Positions 1 to 9,795 of a stretch of DNA of 64,000 bases are shown here, one piece after another (the first letter of the stretch is position 1; each line of letters opens with the position of its first letter). The notes under the pieces were generated by a model that saw only the letters and a list, made by a program, of their open reading frames with translations, made no database searches and was not told where the DNA came from. The DNA lies in contig JAGWJP010000001.1 of NCBI GenBank assembly GCA_028865725.1, positions 143,143 to 207,142 on the forward strand, given 5' to 3'. Both the position numbers and the translations under genes were made by a program. Source of the stretch: Patescibacteria group bacterium (lineage in GTDB: Bacteria > Patescibacteriota > Minisyncoccia > UBA6257 > JACRHW01).

Positions 1-2382
1 CAAAACTGGCAATTTAGAGAACCAACTGGAATAGCGGTAAATGATCCTAGTAATTTATACAATAGTCATATATATATAGCAGATTATGGTGCGAGACAAA
101 TATATGACTTTTATAATTCATGGCAACTACGCACTATATGGACCTCTCTTGGAAGTATAAATGGTCAATATTATGCTCCCCGTCGTATTGTTGCAGACAG
201 TTCTGGAAATACCTATGTTTTGTTTCCTAATCAACAGCTTATTCAACGATTTTCTTACATTGCTAGTTCATATCAGTATAGTGGTGGCTGGGGATCTCAA
301 GGAAGCGGGAATGGCCAGTTTGAATTTGGCAGTGGTGGCGATCTCGCAATTGGTGCTGGCGGAAATATATATGTGGCCGATACCCTCAATCGTCGGATTC
401 AGGAATTTACAAGTTCTGGACAATATATCAGACAATGGGGGTCAGGAGGAAGCGGGAACGGGCAATTTGATTACCCTGAAGGTATTACGATAGACAATTC
501 TGGAAATGTATTTGTGGCTGACTGCTCAGAAACTAGTTCGATATATAATTGTCGTATTCAAGAATTTGACAGTAATGGGACATATCTTACCCAATTTGGA
601 TCTCGAGGAAGCGGGAACGGGCAATTTAATGGAATAGGTGGGGTGGCTGTGGATAAGAATGGAAATGTGTTTGTAACCGATACTGGAAACAATCGTGTTG
701 AAAAATTTGGGTCTGTGATCACATCTGCAGGTGGGAGTGGCACAACAGGGATTACTACTACTTTGTGCCCTGACCCTACATCAACACCAGGAAGCACGCC
801 TTCTAATTCAGTAACGGGTTATGCGTGGTCTTCGAATATCGGGTGGGTGAAATTCTGCGGATCAAATTATGGCGTGCATATCGATCCTTCTTCCGGATTA
901 TTTTCCGGCTATGCGTGGAGTGAAAATGTAGGGTGGGTGAAATTTGATCCTGCGGGTCCGTATCCCGCTTCTGCGCAAACAGGTGCCCATTTAGATTGTA
1001 CAACCGGAAAAGTTTCTGGATGGGCGCGCGTGTGTACCGCGGCCGCAGATCCTCTTAATTGCTCCGGGGGTGCGGGGAGTAATACGGGCGGATGGGATGG
1101 GTGGATAAATCTTGGAAGTACAGGGCATAGCGATGGTGTTTCAAAATTTAATAATGCACTTATGGGTTGGGCATGGGGAGATGACAAGGTGGGGTGGTTG
1201 AGTTTTGATAGCGGAAGCGCAGGAAGTGCAGTTCCCTATGGGGTTAAGGTAGATTCGCGCATTTGTAGCAACAATGCCGTAGGCGATGTGGGGGTTACGC
1301 TTCACGCAAGCCCGCTTACTGTCACCTCGGGCGGTACGACTACCCTTACCTGGACTTCGGCACATGCGACTTCGTGTGTTGCCTCCAACAACGCCTCAAA
1401 TAGCTGGACCGGGTCAAAAGGAATCAACAATACTGCGGGAGACACAAGCGGCCCTATTACCACTCCGACCACATTTACGCTTACGTGTATGGGGCCGAAT
1501 GGTTCTGCGACCGCGTCGGCTACCGTGGCGCCTCTTGGAGATGTGGCGGTAACCTTGAATGCGAATCCAGTGAAGGTAAATTCCGGAGATACGACCACGT
1601 TAAGCTGGACTTCAGAAAATGCTACTTCGTGCACTGCTTCAAACACAACTTCTAATAGTTGGACAGGATCTAAATCTTTGAACAATGCGTCAGGAGAATC
1701 AAGCGGCCCCATTACTTCGACAACCGTCTTTACTCTTATTTGTACTGGCGCAGGAGGTACTGCGACCGCGAATGCGACCGTCATCGCAAACGGAGGAGGC
1801 GCTGCGCCAACGCTTGATTTGGAAGCAAATGGAACAAAAAATCCAGTAGTGTCACAGGGCACTCCCGTCACCCTTTCATGGACGTCTACCAATACTACTT
1901 CTTGCACCGCTTCAAATGGATGGAGCGGCGCTAAGGCATTAAGCGGATCAGAACCGAGCAATCCTATCACTGCAAATACGGTCTTTACTCTTTCTTGCGT
2001 AGGTCCGAGAGGTTCGGTCACTGATTCTGTTTCAGTATCGTTACCTTCAACAAATGGAGGCGGAGGCGGCGGTGGTGGTGGTACGGGCGGAGGAGGCGGC
2101 GGCACTCAATCGCAACTTGTATTCGACGCTACGCCGTCTCATATTTCAAGCGGCGGTACCTCAACACTTGTGTGGAATGCGACTGGCTTCAATTCCTGTA
2201 CCGCGGACGGCGCGACTCAAGCTGGGCAAGCGGTTTCGGATCCTAATTGGTCAGGGAATCTGGCAACTTCCGGATTGGTTCATGTTTCTCCCCATAAATC
2301 TACTATCTATAAATTGACGTGTGACGGTACCTCGCTTACTGCCGCAGTAGTTGTGACGAATATCACCGAAATCAACCCCTAG
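1..2382 (+). CDS. Secreted/surface protein (5' truncated): NHL beta-propeller repeats, GYAWS repeats and four Cys-containing Ig-like repeats
   Basis: Frame is open from base 1. NHL repeats (GSGNGQF..P.GI.ID..GNV.VAD), two GYAWS-N-GWV repeats, repeated LxWTS..A.SC.AS...W.G.K...T.F.L.C units and a poly-Gly linker. Confidence 0.85.
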   Translation, partial: QNWQFREPTGIAVNDPSNLYNSHIYIADYGARQIYDFYNSWQLRTIWTSLGSINGQYYAPRRIVADSSGNTYVLFPNQQLIQRFSYIASSYQYSGGWGSQGSGNGQFEFGSGGDLAIGAGGNIYVADTLNRRIQEFTSSGQYIRQWGSGGSGNGQFDYPEGITIDNSGNVFVADCSETSSIYNCRIQEFDSNGTYLTQFGSRGSGNGQFNGIGGVAVDKNGNVFVTDTGNNRVEKFGSVITSAGGSGTTGITTTLCPDPTSTPGSTPSNSVTGYAWSSNIGWVKFCGSNYGVHIDPSSGLFSGYAWSENVGWVKFDPAGPYPASAQTGAHLDCTTGKVSGWARVCTAAADPLNCSGGAGSNTGGWDGWINLGSTGHSDGVSKFNNALMGWAWGDDKVGWLSFDSGSAGSAVPYGVKVDSRICSNNAVGDVGVTLHASPLTVTSGGTTTLTWTSAHATSCVASNNASNSWTGSKGINNTAGDTSGPITTPTTFTLTCMGPNGSATASATVAPLGDVAVTLNANPVKVNSGDTTTLSWTSENATSCTASNTTSNSWTGSKSLNNASGESSGPITSTTVFTLICTGAGGTATANATVIANGGGAAPTLDLEANGTKNPVVSQGTPVTLSWTSTNTTSCTASNGWSGAKALSGSEPSNPITANTVFTLSCVGPRGSVTDSVSVSLPSTNGGGGGGGGGTGGGGGGTQSQLVFDATPSHISSGGTSTLVWNATGFNSCTADGATQAGQAVSDPNWSGNLATSGLVHVSPHKSTIYKLTCDGTSLTAAVVVTNITEINP

Positions 2383-2420
2383 CGAGTATTAGCAGCTTGT
2401 GATCGAATAGTCTGAATTTG

Positions 2421-2444
2421 AAAAGTCCGCCGAAAGGCGGATTT
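2421..2444. terminator. Intrinsic terminator between convergent genes
   Basis: aagtccgcc-gaaa-ggcggattt hairpin. Confidence 0.65.
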
Positions 2445-2478
2445 GAGTATACCACTCATTACCACAGCACGTGATACA

Positions 2479-3783
2479 TTATACAAACGTAGATAAGAAT
2501 GCTTCTATTTCGCGCGCATGGCGCAAGAAGGTTTGCATATGGGTTTGATTGCAAAATATGCGCAGAGCAAGAAATGATTCCTCATAGGTGGTAAGGAGCG
2601 GTCGCATATCGGCGTAGTGATCAAACAAATCTACAGTATCTTTCAAGTTGCGCAGGAGGATGGGGGTCGAGTGAGGAGAAAATCGTTTGTGTCCAAGTTT
2701 TGTGACGGGTACAAAAAGAATGTCCGCAGGAGGTAGGTGGGCGATGCGCGCGATATTGTGTTCTATTGTTTCAAGTTCTCCTGCAGTCCTATCTTCAAAA
2801 GCAGTGAGGAGCGGTCTTGTTCCTGCGCGCAGATATACATTTTTTTCACATTGTTCCTCGTGGAGGTAAGGTGCGAGACGCAGTACTAACGCGCGATGCA
2901 GTTTGCGCTCCGCTCCGTATGCAAAGAGTTTGCGGACATCTTTGTTATTCGAAAGTTTCAAACGTCCTTCCAGCTCCCCGTCATTTAAGTTCCAGAGCGT
3001 ATGCTCGGTAAAGGCATGGGTTGCCAGTTCCGTATGTATCATCTTTTGAAAGAGACGCTGGTAGAACAGCGCTTTGGGACTAAAATAAACGTCTTTGTAC
3101 GCGTTCCAATAAAATACGATCAAATTTCGTACTGCATGCACGACTTCGCTGTCAATCATAATGCGGTTGTCGTACCAGATGACATGCTTTTCAATCTCCT
3201 TAAGATGGGGAGGCGCCATGATTCCCGCGCCGGTAAAATGCAGGTCTCGTTCAAGGTAGTCCCATTTTTCCGACCCCAGGACTTTATCATCGACAATGCG
3301 CCCTAACGGATCTTGTTTTCCGAGCATCGCATATATTTTGGTTGGATTTCCATGTGAGGCCCGGATCGCATTTTTGATGTTATGCCTGATAAGCGCTTGT
3401 CCATTTTGTTCGTGATTGAGCGTAGTCACATCCTCGATAATATGACTTAAGGGTCCGTGTCCAATATCGTGGATAAGCGCGTAGATGATCACATCGCGTT
3501 CTTCTTGCGGTGATAAGACGTTCACCCCTTTTTTCTTTAATGCGCGGGGCGTATCGCGCCATGCATGCAGGCGCATTTTTGTGCGATGATAGGCGCCTAT
3601 GCAATGTCCGAATCGATTGTGCGTGGCATTGGGATAGAGATTGATTGTGGTACCAAGCTGTTTGACTCTCCGCAGACGTTGAAAATCAGTGGTGTCCACG
3701 ATAGGCGCCACATCGGTAATATCTATTTCTCCGAGTAATGGGTCTGGTACGGTGATAGGTCTCATTACTTGTATTGTAGGCAC
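2479..3783 (-). CDS. HD-domain phosphohydrolase, SAMHD1/dNTP triphosphohydrolase-like
   Basis: FQRLRRVKQLG, HNRFGHCIG, HDIGHGPLSH and EKWDYLERD motifs. Confidence 0.85.
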   Translation of the reverse strand: MPTIQVMRPITVPDPLLGEIDITDVAPIVDTTDFQRLRRVKQLGTTINLYPNATHNRFGHCIGAYHRTKMRLHAWRDTPRALKKKGVNVLSPQEERDVIIYALIHDIGHGPLSHIIEDVTTLNHEQNGQALIRHNIKNAIRASHGNPTKIYAMLGKQDPLGRIVDDKVLGSEKWDYLERDLHFTGAGIMAPPHLKEIEKHVIWYDNRIMIDSEVVHAVRNLIVFYWNAYKDVYFSPKALFYQRLFQKMIHTELATHAFTEHTLWNLNDGELEGRLKLSNNKDVRKLFAYGAERKLHRALVLRLAPYLHEEQCEKNVYLRAGTRPLLTAFEDRTAGELETIEHNIARIAHLPPADILFVPVTKLGHKRFSPHSTPILLRNLKDTVDLFDHYADMRPLLTTYEESFLALRIFCNQTHMQTFLRHAREIEAFLSTFV

Positions 3784-3866
3784 GAATACAAACGAAACAC
3801 AAGGATATGATTATTTGGCTATTCGTTCAGTCTATGGTTATAATATGAGTATAATTTTTATTGTGT

Positions 3867-4172
3867 ATGCTGACTGCAAAAGACATCCAACATTATGCGG
3901 ACCTAGGAAGAATACGCCTTTCTTCTGCCGAGAAGGCGGCGCTTGTAAAAGACTTCAAAACGATCATTGCCTATGTCGCAAAACTTAGTGAAGTGAATAC
4001 CGACGCGGTTTTACCTATGAATGGCGGTGTTCTTTTTTTTAATCGTTTTCGTGATGATGGTGTGGATTTGGAACGGAAGACAGAAAAAATGAATGAAACG
4101 TCGCAGATCGTGCGAGGTTTTCCTGAGGCGCATGAGGGCTACTTAAAAGTTCCTCCTGTGTTTACCGATTAA
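3867..4172 (+). CDS. gatC: Asp/Glu-tRNA amidotransferase subunit C
   Basis: About 100 aa, LGRI.L...E, RDD and YLKVPPV end; upstream of gatA. Confidence 0.9.
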   Translation: MLTAKDIQHYADLGRIRLSSAEKAALVKDFKTIIAYVAKLSEVNTDAVLPMNGGVLFFNRFRDDGVDLERKTEKMNETSQIVRGFPEAHEGYLKVPPVFTD

Positions 4173-4175
4173 ACG

Positions 4176-4210
4176 TAGTAAATAGAATCTAGAATTTAGA
4201 AAATAGAGTA
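4176..4210 (+). repeat. Five tandem degenerate heptamers (TAGNANN) upstream of the four-helix-bundle gene
   Basis: TAGTAAA TAGAATC TAGAATT TAGAAAA TAGAGTA; complementary-type heptamers lie at 4580-4607. Confidence 0.75.
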
Positions 4211-4217
4211 CGGATAT

Positions 4218-4568
4218 ATGCAATCTTTTAAAGATCTCATCGTGTGGCAAAAAGCATTTGATCTGGCCATGGAGATATATCAAATAACCAACCTTTTTCC
4301 AAGAGTTGAACTTTATGGATTATCTAGCCAAATGAGGCGTTCCGCTGTTTCTATTTCTTCAAACATCGCTGAGGGGTTTAATAGAAACAATAAGCGGGAA
4401 AGCCTTCAGTTTATTATGATTGCGTTTGGTTCTAGCGCAGAGTTGGAAACTCAATTACTGTTGGCAGAAAAACTAAGGTTTGTGAATAAGACACAATTTC
4501 AGAAATCTTATTCATTATTAGAAGAGGTAAGAAAAATATTAAGCACAGTTCGAAAAAAATCATCGTAA
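4218..4568 (+). CDS. Four-helix-bundle protein (23S rRNA IVS / bAvd-like family)
   Basis: F.DL.VWQKA, FP..E.YGL.SQMRRSAVSI.SNIAEG, GS..ELETQL signature. Confidence 0.92.
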   Translation: MQSFKDLIVWQKAFDLAMEIYQITNLFPRVELYGLSSQMRRSAVSISSNIAEGFNRNNKRESLQFIMIAFGSSAELETQLLLAEKLRFVNKTQFQKSYSLLEEVRKILSTVRKKSS

Positions 4569-4613
4569 TCGTATCTTCTTATTTTCTGTTTACTAATTTT
4601 TATTTTCTTCGTT

Positions 4614-6086
4614 ATGCATTTAGAAGAATTATCAGTTGAATATATTCATCATGGCCTGCTTGCCAAAGATTTTTCAGCTACGGAACTGGTCGAAGCGCTT
4701 TTGAAGTATATAGAAGACCGCGATGCGGAGTATGGCGCATTCCTGCATGTGATGGCGGATGACTCGTTAAAGACCGCGCGTGAGGTGGATTTGAATATTG
4801 CGCGAGGTGACGACCTTCCCATGTTGGCAGGCGTTCCTATTGCGTTGAAAGACAATATTGTCGTAGCACAGCATCCCACGACGGCAGGGTCGCGTATTTT
4901 AGAACATTACCAAGGAGCATATGATGCAACGGTAGTAAAAAGATTGAAAGCGTCACGCGCGGTTCTTATGGGCAAGACAAATATGGATGAGTTTGCCATG
5001 GGTTCTTCGGGTGAGAACTCTGCTTTTTTTCCAACGAAAAATCCGCATGATACGACGCGTGTACCTGGAGGATCCTCATCTGGATCGGCGGTGGCCGTCG
5101 CATTAGGGGATGTCGTATGTGCTTTGGGTTCGGAAACAGGAGGATCGGTGCGACAACCCGCGTCATTTTGCGGGCTTGTAGGACTCAAGCCTACTTATGG
5201 GGCGGTATCGCGGTATGGGCTTATTGCTATGGCCTCATCACTTGATCAGATCGCTCCTCTTGGGCGTACGACGATGGATGTGGCACATGCGTTCGAAGGG
5301 ATCAGCGGATTCGATACGCTTGATGGGACAACTGCGCGCGAGTATACATTCCGCGCCGAAGCAGTAAAGAAGTTTTCGTTAGAATCATTGCGAGGACTTA
5401 CTATTGGTATTCCCAAAGAGTATTTCACAGATGGCATCGCGCAGGAAACAAGAACAGAAGTTGATGCGGCGATTGCGCTGCTCAAGAGTTTTCATATTGC
5501 GTTTCGTGAAATCTCGCTGCCGCATACCGAGTATGCGTTGGCCTGTTATTACATTATCATGCCCGCAGAGGTGAGTTCGAACCTTGCCCGGTTTGATGGC
5601 ATCAGGTTTGGTGCGCGAAAAGGAGGTGCGACGCTTCTTGATGTATATGAGACGACGCGCGGAGAAGGATTTGGGAGGGAGGCCACACGGCGCATTTTAT
5701 TGGGAAATTACGTATTGTCCGCAGGGTATTATGATGCTTATTATTTGAAGGCGCAGAAAGTGCGCGCCCTTATCGCTGAAGATTTTGCGCGCGCGTTCCG
5801 CGATGTGGATATGATTCTTACCCCTGCCACCCCTACTCCTGCGTTTAAGTTCGGAGAAAAAACACAGGATCCTGTTGCGATGTATCTCTCTGATATCTTT
5901 ACCGTTCCTGTTAATTTGGCGGGGCTTCCTGCAATCACGTTTCCTACTCGCGCGCTGAACAATCCTCCTGGCAATGACGGGCTCCCTGTAGGTGTGCAGT
6001 TGATCGGAAAGCATTTCGATGAAGCGACGCTACTCGGGGTAAGCAGGTTTTACGAGGAAGCCGTTCGAGTAAACAAATCAGGATAG
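4614..6086 (+). CDS. gatA: Asp/Glu-tRNA amidotransferase subunit A
   Basis: Amidase signature GKTNMDEFAMGSS, PGGSSSGSA, GSETGGSVRQPA, RRILLGNYVLSAGYYDAYY. Confidence 0.97.
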   Translation: MHLEELSVEYIHHGLLAKDFSATELVEALLKYIEDRDAEYGAFLHVMADDSLKTAREVDLNIARGDDLPMLAGVPIALKDNIVVAQHPTTAGSRILEHYQGAYDATVVKRLKASRAVLMGKTNMDEFAMGSSGENSAFFPTKNPHDTTRVPGGSSSGSAVAVALGDVVCALGSETGGSVRQPASFCGLVGLKPTYGAVSRYGLIAMASSLDQIAPLGRTTMDVAHAFEGISGFDTLDGTTAREYTFRAEAVKKFSLESLRGLTIGIPKEYFTDGIAQETRTEVDAAIALLKSFHIAFREISLPHTEYALACYYIIMPAEVSSNLARFDGIRFGARKGGATLLDVYETTRGEGFGREATRRILLGNYVLSAGYYDAYYLKAQKVRALIAEDFARAFRDVDMILTPATPTPAFKFGEKTQDPVAMYLSDIFTVPVNLAGLPAITFPTRALNNPPGNDGLPVGVQLIGKHFDEATLLGVSRFYEEAVRVNKSG

Positions 6087-6098
6087 AATATACGTGAT

Positions 6099-6668
6099 AT
6101 GCCAAACATTCCCTACATCATCCATTTCGGCTTTATTGAGCTTCAATTTTTTCTTCACGCAATATCATGGATACATAATGCATTTATCCATGGATCACCA
6201 TTGTTCTTTTACGTAAAACTGGTCTCAGGAATTGTTTCTTTTCTATTTTTTATTGGCATTGTGTGGCTGGTTATGAAAACAAGGTTTTTGACTCTCCGCG
6301 TTGAACGTTTCAAGAACTTGGTTGCGGCACCCGCATATGTCGATAAAAAACGGGTGTTGCACGGATGGCTTAAGGTGCAAGAGCGCATGGCAAAAGGCGA
6401 TGAGGCGAATATGCGCCTTGCGATCGTTGACGCTGATAAGCTTATTGATTCCGTCTTAAAGCAGATGGGGTATGCAGGGGACACGATGGCAGAGCGTTTG
6501 AAGCAAATTACTCCGGCGCAGCTTTCAAGTATTCAGGACTTGTGGACTGCGCATAAGATACGCAACAATATCGTGCACGATCCCGAGCATATGATTTCAC
6601 AGGAACAGGCGCGAGACGTGATCCTTATGTATGAAAAGGTGTTTCGCGAGATGGCATTAATTGATTAA
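6099..6668 (+). CDS. Conserved hypothetical membrane-anchored protein
   Basis: N-terminal TM segment; AIVDADKL..G.T.AERL..W.AHK.RN..VHD. Confidence 0.7.
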   Translation: MPNIPYIIHFGFIELQFFLHAISWIHNAFIHGSPLFFYVKLVSGIVSFLFFIGIVWLVMKTRFLTLRVERFKNLVAAPAYVDKKRVLHGWLKVQERMAKGDEANMRLAIVDADKLIDSVLKQMGYAGDTMAERLKQITPAQLSSIQDLWTAHKIRNNIVHDPEHMISQEQARDVILMYEKVFREMALID

Positions 6669-6717
6669 AAGATCGTGTCGGAGTCGTACCTGATGAGGTC
6701 GCGTACCGCACAAGGGT

Positions 6718-6745
6718 TTGACATTTTTCTTTTTTACTCTATAAT
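6718..6745 (+). promoter_or_regulatory. Consensus sigma70 promoter
   Basis: TTGACA-N16-TATAAT. Confidence 0.7.
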
Positions 6746-6767
6746 ACTCTCCTAGAAGGAGGGGTAC

Positions 6768-7843
6768 CGTCCGGGCTCAATCCGAACACCCCCCACTTCT
6801 TTTTTTCTCCGCGCTCAGGCGCATTTTTTGTTTTCTCAAGCGTTCTAAGACTTCTTCCGGTGTAGAGAAACGAAGCACTTCGAGAATTCTTCGATTCAGT
6901 TTCGCCTCAAGATTTCTGATGAATTGTTTTGTGTAGTGTGAGAGATCGCTTCCTTTCGGAATCTCACGCCGTATGTATTTGTTCACATTCTCCACCGTAC
7001 CGTTCTCCCATGAATGGTAGGGATTGCAGAAGTAGATCTTCAAACCCAACAACTGTTCTAATTCCTTGTGACGTTGAAAGAGAATATCGTTGTCGAGGGT
7101 GAGTGTTCTCATCTCAGAAAATCGTTTTTTAATACATTGAAACGCACGGTGTACGTTTGCAATCGTGACCTTGAGAATGAGTTCGAGAAACGCAGCGCGG
7201 CTCTTGCGATCGACGACGACGAGCAGAATGCCTTTTCCTCCTTTTCCCGAGACAATGAAGTCTGCTTCCGCATTGCCAAGACGCCTTCTTCTATTGATAG
7301 AATCAGGCCTTTTGTCGATAAACACACGATCAGAGAGAGATCCTTTGCTCTGCGATCGTTTCTTTGCGTTGCCGTTCTTTTTCTTTTTCCGATAGGCCTC
7401 CACAAGTCTTCCATACACGCTCCCTACGTAACGATAAATGCTTTCTTTAGAGACACGCCGCGAGGCGTCTTTTTTGTGTTCTTTCTTCAAGCGTCCGGCA
7501 ATCGCTCGAGGTGATTGATCATCGAAGAGCAAGGTTTCGATATGATGTTGCAATGCCCGATTTCCTACAATTTTCATGGCTTGATATTTCGCGTTCTGTC
7601 TTCGTACGCGTGCCTTTGCGTGCGCTTTTTCGGGATCGTACACCCCATTCGCAGAGTTTCTCGCAATCTCATCGGAGAGCGTTGAGACACTTCGATGAAG
7701 AACGCGTGCGATCGAACGCAATGAATACTGTCGGTTCAAAAGAATTTTGATTTCATTTCGTTCGCTTTTCTTAATGTGAGTGTGGCTTTGTATCTTTTTT
7801 TCATATCTTTCATTCTACCAAGTGTTCGGATTCAAATGAGACA
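6768..7843 (-). mobile_element. IS30-family insertion sequence
   Basis: Imperfect terminal inverted repeats sharing AATCCGAACAC (6779-6789 and complement 7822-7832); encloses an IS30 transposase. Confidence 0.8.
6777..7804 (-). CDS. IS30-family transposase; the N-terminal ATG is out of frame across an A7 run
   Basis: HTH SLRSIARVLHRSVSTLSDEIARN; DDE core EADFI, TLDND, ENGTVENVN; the ATG at 7804 needs a -1 shift at 7795-7801 to join the long ORF. Confidence 0.85.
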
Positions 7844-7860
7844 TTAGGAGGGACCAAACA

Positions 7861-8103
7861 ATGGCGAAATGTTGGTTCATCATCGCGCTCGCGATGCGAA
7901 TGACGCGAAAGGATCTTTCTTTTGTTGCTGAATCTGAAGTTTATCCCATTTTTTATGTAGGCACGAAGGAAAGTGCGATAGGAAGCGCATATATCGAACT
8001 CCAGAAGGAGAATCCTGAGAGCAAAGAGTGGGTTCATACAGTGAAGGCTCGCCACCTTACTAAAAAAGAACTTCAAAAACTTGTTGACTCCATTGATGAG
8101 TAA
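7861..8103 (+). CDS. Hypothetical protein
   Basis: 80-aa ORF with AGGAGG SD and a downstream terminator at 8105-8138. Confidence 0.6.
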   Translation: MAKCWFIIALAMRMTRKDLSFVAESEVYPIFYVGTKESAIGSAYIELQKENPESKEWVHTVKARHLTKKELQKLVDSIDE

Positions 8104-8197
8104 TAAAAAGACTCGCTCGCAGGCGGGTTTCTTTTTTAATTTATGGGGTCTGATTATTGTCGGATTTCCTTTTTTTGTGTATAGTGATTTCACCCGA

Positions 8198-8271
8198 GTC
8201 AGGGTAGCTCAGTTGGTCAGAGCATAGCACTCATAACGCTAAGGTCGTGGGTTCGATCCCCACCCCTGACA
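8198..8271 (+). tRNA. tRNA with CAT anticodon (elongator Met or Ile2)
   Basis: GTCAGGG/CCCTGAC acceptor stem, TAGCTCAGTTGG D-arm, CTCATAA loop, GGTTCGATCC T-arm. Confidence 0.9.
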
Positions 8272-8377
8272 CAAACGACAAACGAAGTGCAGTGGCAGGG
8301 AGCGAGACAACGTCTTGATTCCTTCCTCTTGAACAATAGGAAGGAAAATTCAGCGATCAATTGCGGGTCGCTTTTTA

Positions 8378-9640
8378 TTATCGAAACGTGCTCCAGATAA
8401 ATGCAACAGATGTCGCCGTAGTAAGGAGAAGAGTGATGCCCATAAGAACGTTCGAAATAACCCCGCTTCTCATGTTGCCCATAATGGTTTTGTTGTTGGC
8501 AATAAGAAGCAGGATGAAAATAAGCGGAGGCGAAATAAGTCCAAAGAGAAGCGCGGTAAATATGAGGAGCTGGATTGGATTTATTCCAAAGACACTGATA
8601 CTTGCTCCGAGAATAGTTGCGGCGATCATGGTACTGTAGAATCCCTTTGCTTCACGAAATGTAAGATCGAGTCCTTCGCGCCACCCCCAGAGCTGCGCAA
8701 CTACATATGATACGGATCCTGCAAGAACGGGAATGGCAAGAAAACCGGTACCTACAATCCCAAGCGCAAAGATGAGCGAAGCTGCATTTCCGGCAATAGG
8801 TTTTAAGGCGGCCGCTGCTTCTGCTGCTGTGGTAATGGTGGTAATGCCGTGTGTGTGGAGTGTTGCGCCTGCAGCGATGATAATAAACCAGCTCACTACG
8901 TTGCTAAAAAACATGCCGAGCGTGGTATCTTCTTGCATAAGGTGGATACGATGTTTTGATACCATCCATCTTCGCGATGTTTTGTGCGATTCGCGATATT
9001 CCTCAATCTCTTCATCTGCCTGCCAGAAGAAAAGGTAAGGAGATATTGTGGTACCAAGAAACGCGACAAAAAGGGTGAGGTTTGTGCCGTTCCACGGGAG
9101 TGCAGGGATGAAGGTATTTTTGAGGACATCGCCCCAATCTATGTGAATGGTGAAGGGTACTATGAGGTAGGCGACGAGGACAAGTGCAAGCCACTTCATG
9201 TAAGACGCAAAACGAGGATAAGGAAGATAAATCATACTCCCGACAATGATAAAAGGAAATACGATTACATAACCAATTTCAGAAAACGGAACTACCAAGT
9301 GCGCGGCGGCGGCCATTCCCGCGAGATCTGCCCCGATGTTCAATATATTTGCAATGAGAACAATAAGGGCGAGGAGAGATAAGAGCCAGATCGAATAATG
9401 TTTTTTTAAATTCGCGGTGAGCCCAAGCCCGGTGGCAAGTCCGATACGCGCGCATGTCTCTTGCACGGCGGTCATGAGGGGGAACGTGATCACGGTAGCC
9501 CACAGCAGTTTAAATCCGCTTTGAGCACCCACCTGAGAATAGGTGGCGATTTCAGAGGGGTCATCATCGGAAGCGCCGGTAATAAGTCCAGGACCAAGGA
9601 TGGTACGAAAGAATTTTTTTATTTTTTTTGATGCGGTCAT
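8378..9640 (-). CDS. NRAMP-family divalent metal (Mn/Fe) transporter
   Basis: LGPGLITGASDDDPS, GTTISPYLFFWQ, many TM helices. Confidence 0.9.
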   Translation of the reverse strand: MTASKKIKKFFRTILGPGLITGASDDDPSEIATYSQVGAQSGFKLLWATVITFPLMTAVQETCARIGLATGLGLTANLKKHYSIWLLSLLALIVLIANILNIGADLAGMAAAAHLVVPFSEIGYVIVFPFIIVGSMIYLPYPRFASYMKWLALVLVAYLIVPFTIHIDWGDVLKNTFIPALPWNGTNLTLFVAFLGTTISPYLFFWQADEEIEEYRESHKTSRRWMVSKHRIHLMQEDTTLGMFFSNVVSWFIIIAAGATLHTHGITTITTAAEAAAALKPIAGNAASLIFALGIVGTGFLAIPVLAGSVSYVVAQLWGWREGLDLTFREAKGFYSTMIAATILGASISVFGINPIQLLIFTALLFGLISPPLIFILLLIANNKTIMGNMRSGVISNVLMGITLLLTTATSVAFIWSTFR

Positions 9641-9795
9641 AAAAAAGATATACCACTCTTGAAAGTATATCAGATTTTTTTATAAACGGAGAGTTCGTGT
9701 GCCTATCGTATGGGGGGGTTATCCACACTCCAGACTGTAGTAGACATGCTAGAATAAAAAAAAGAGTAACAAGTGTGGAGTAGCATTAAACTTGA

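Noticed and set aside
1302-2105. 267-aa antisense ORF and the GGC/GGT run at about 2056-2103
   Set aside because: Shadow of the repetitive Thr/Gly-rich surface gene; the run is a poly-Gly linker.
4218-4568. Diversity-generating retroelement, suggested by the Avd-like fold
   Set aside because: No reverse transcriptase and no TR/VR pair seen in the window.
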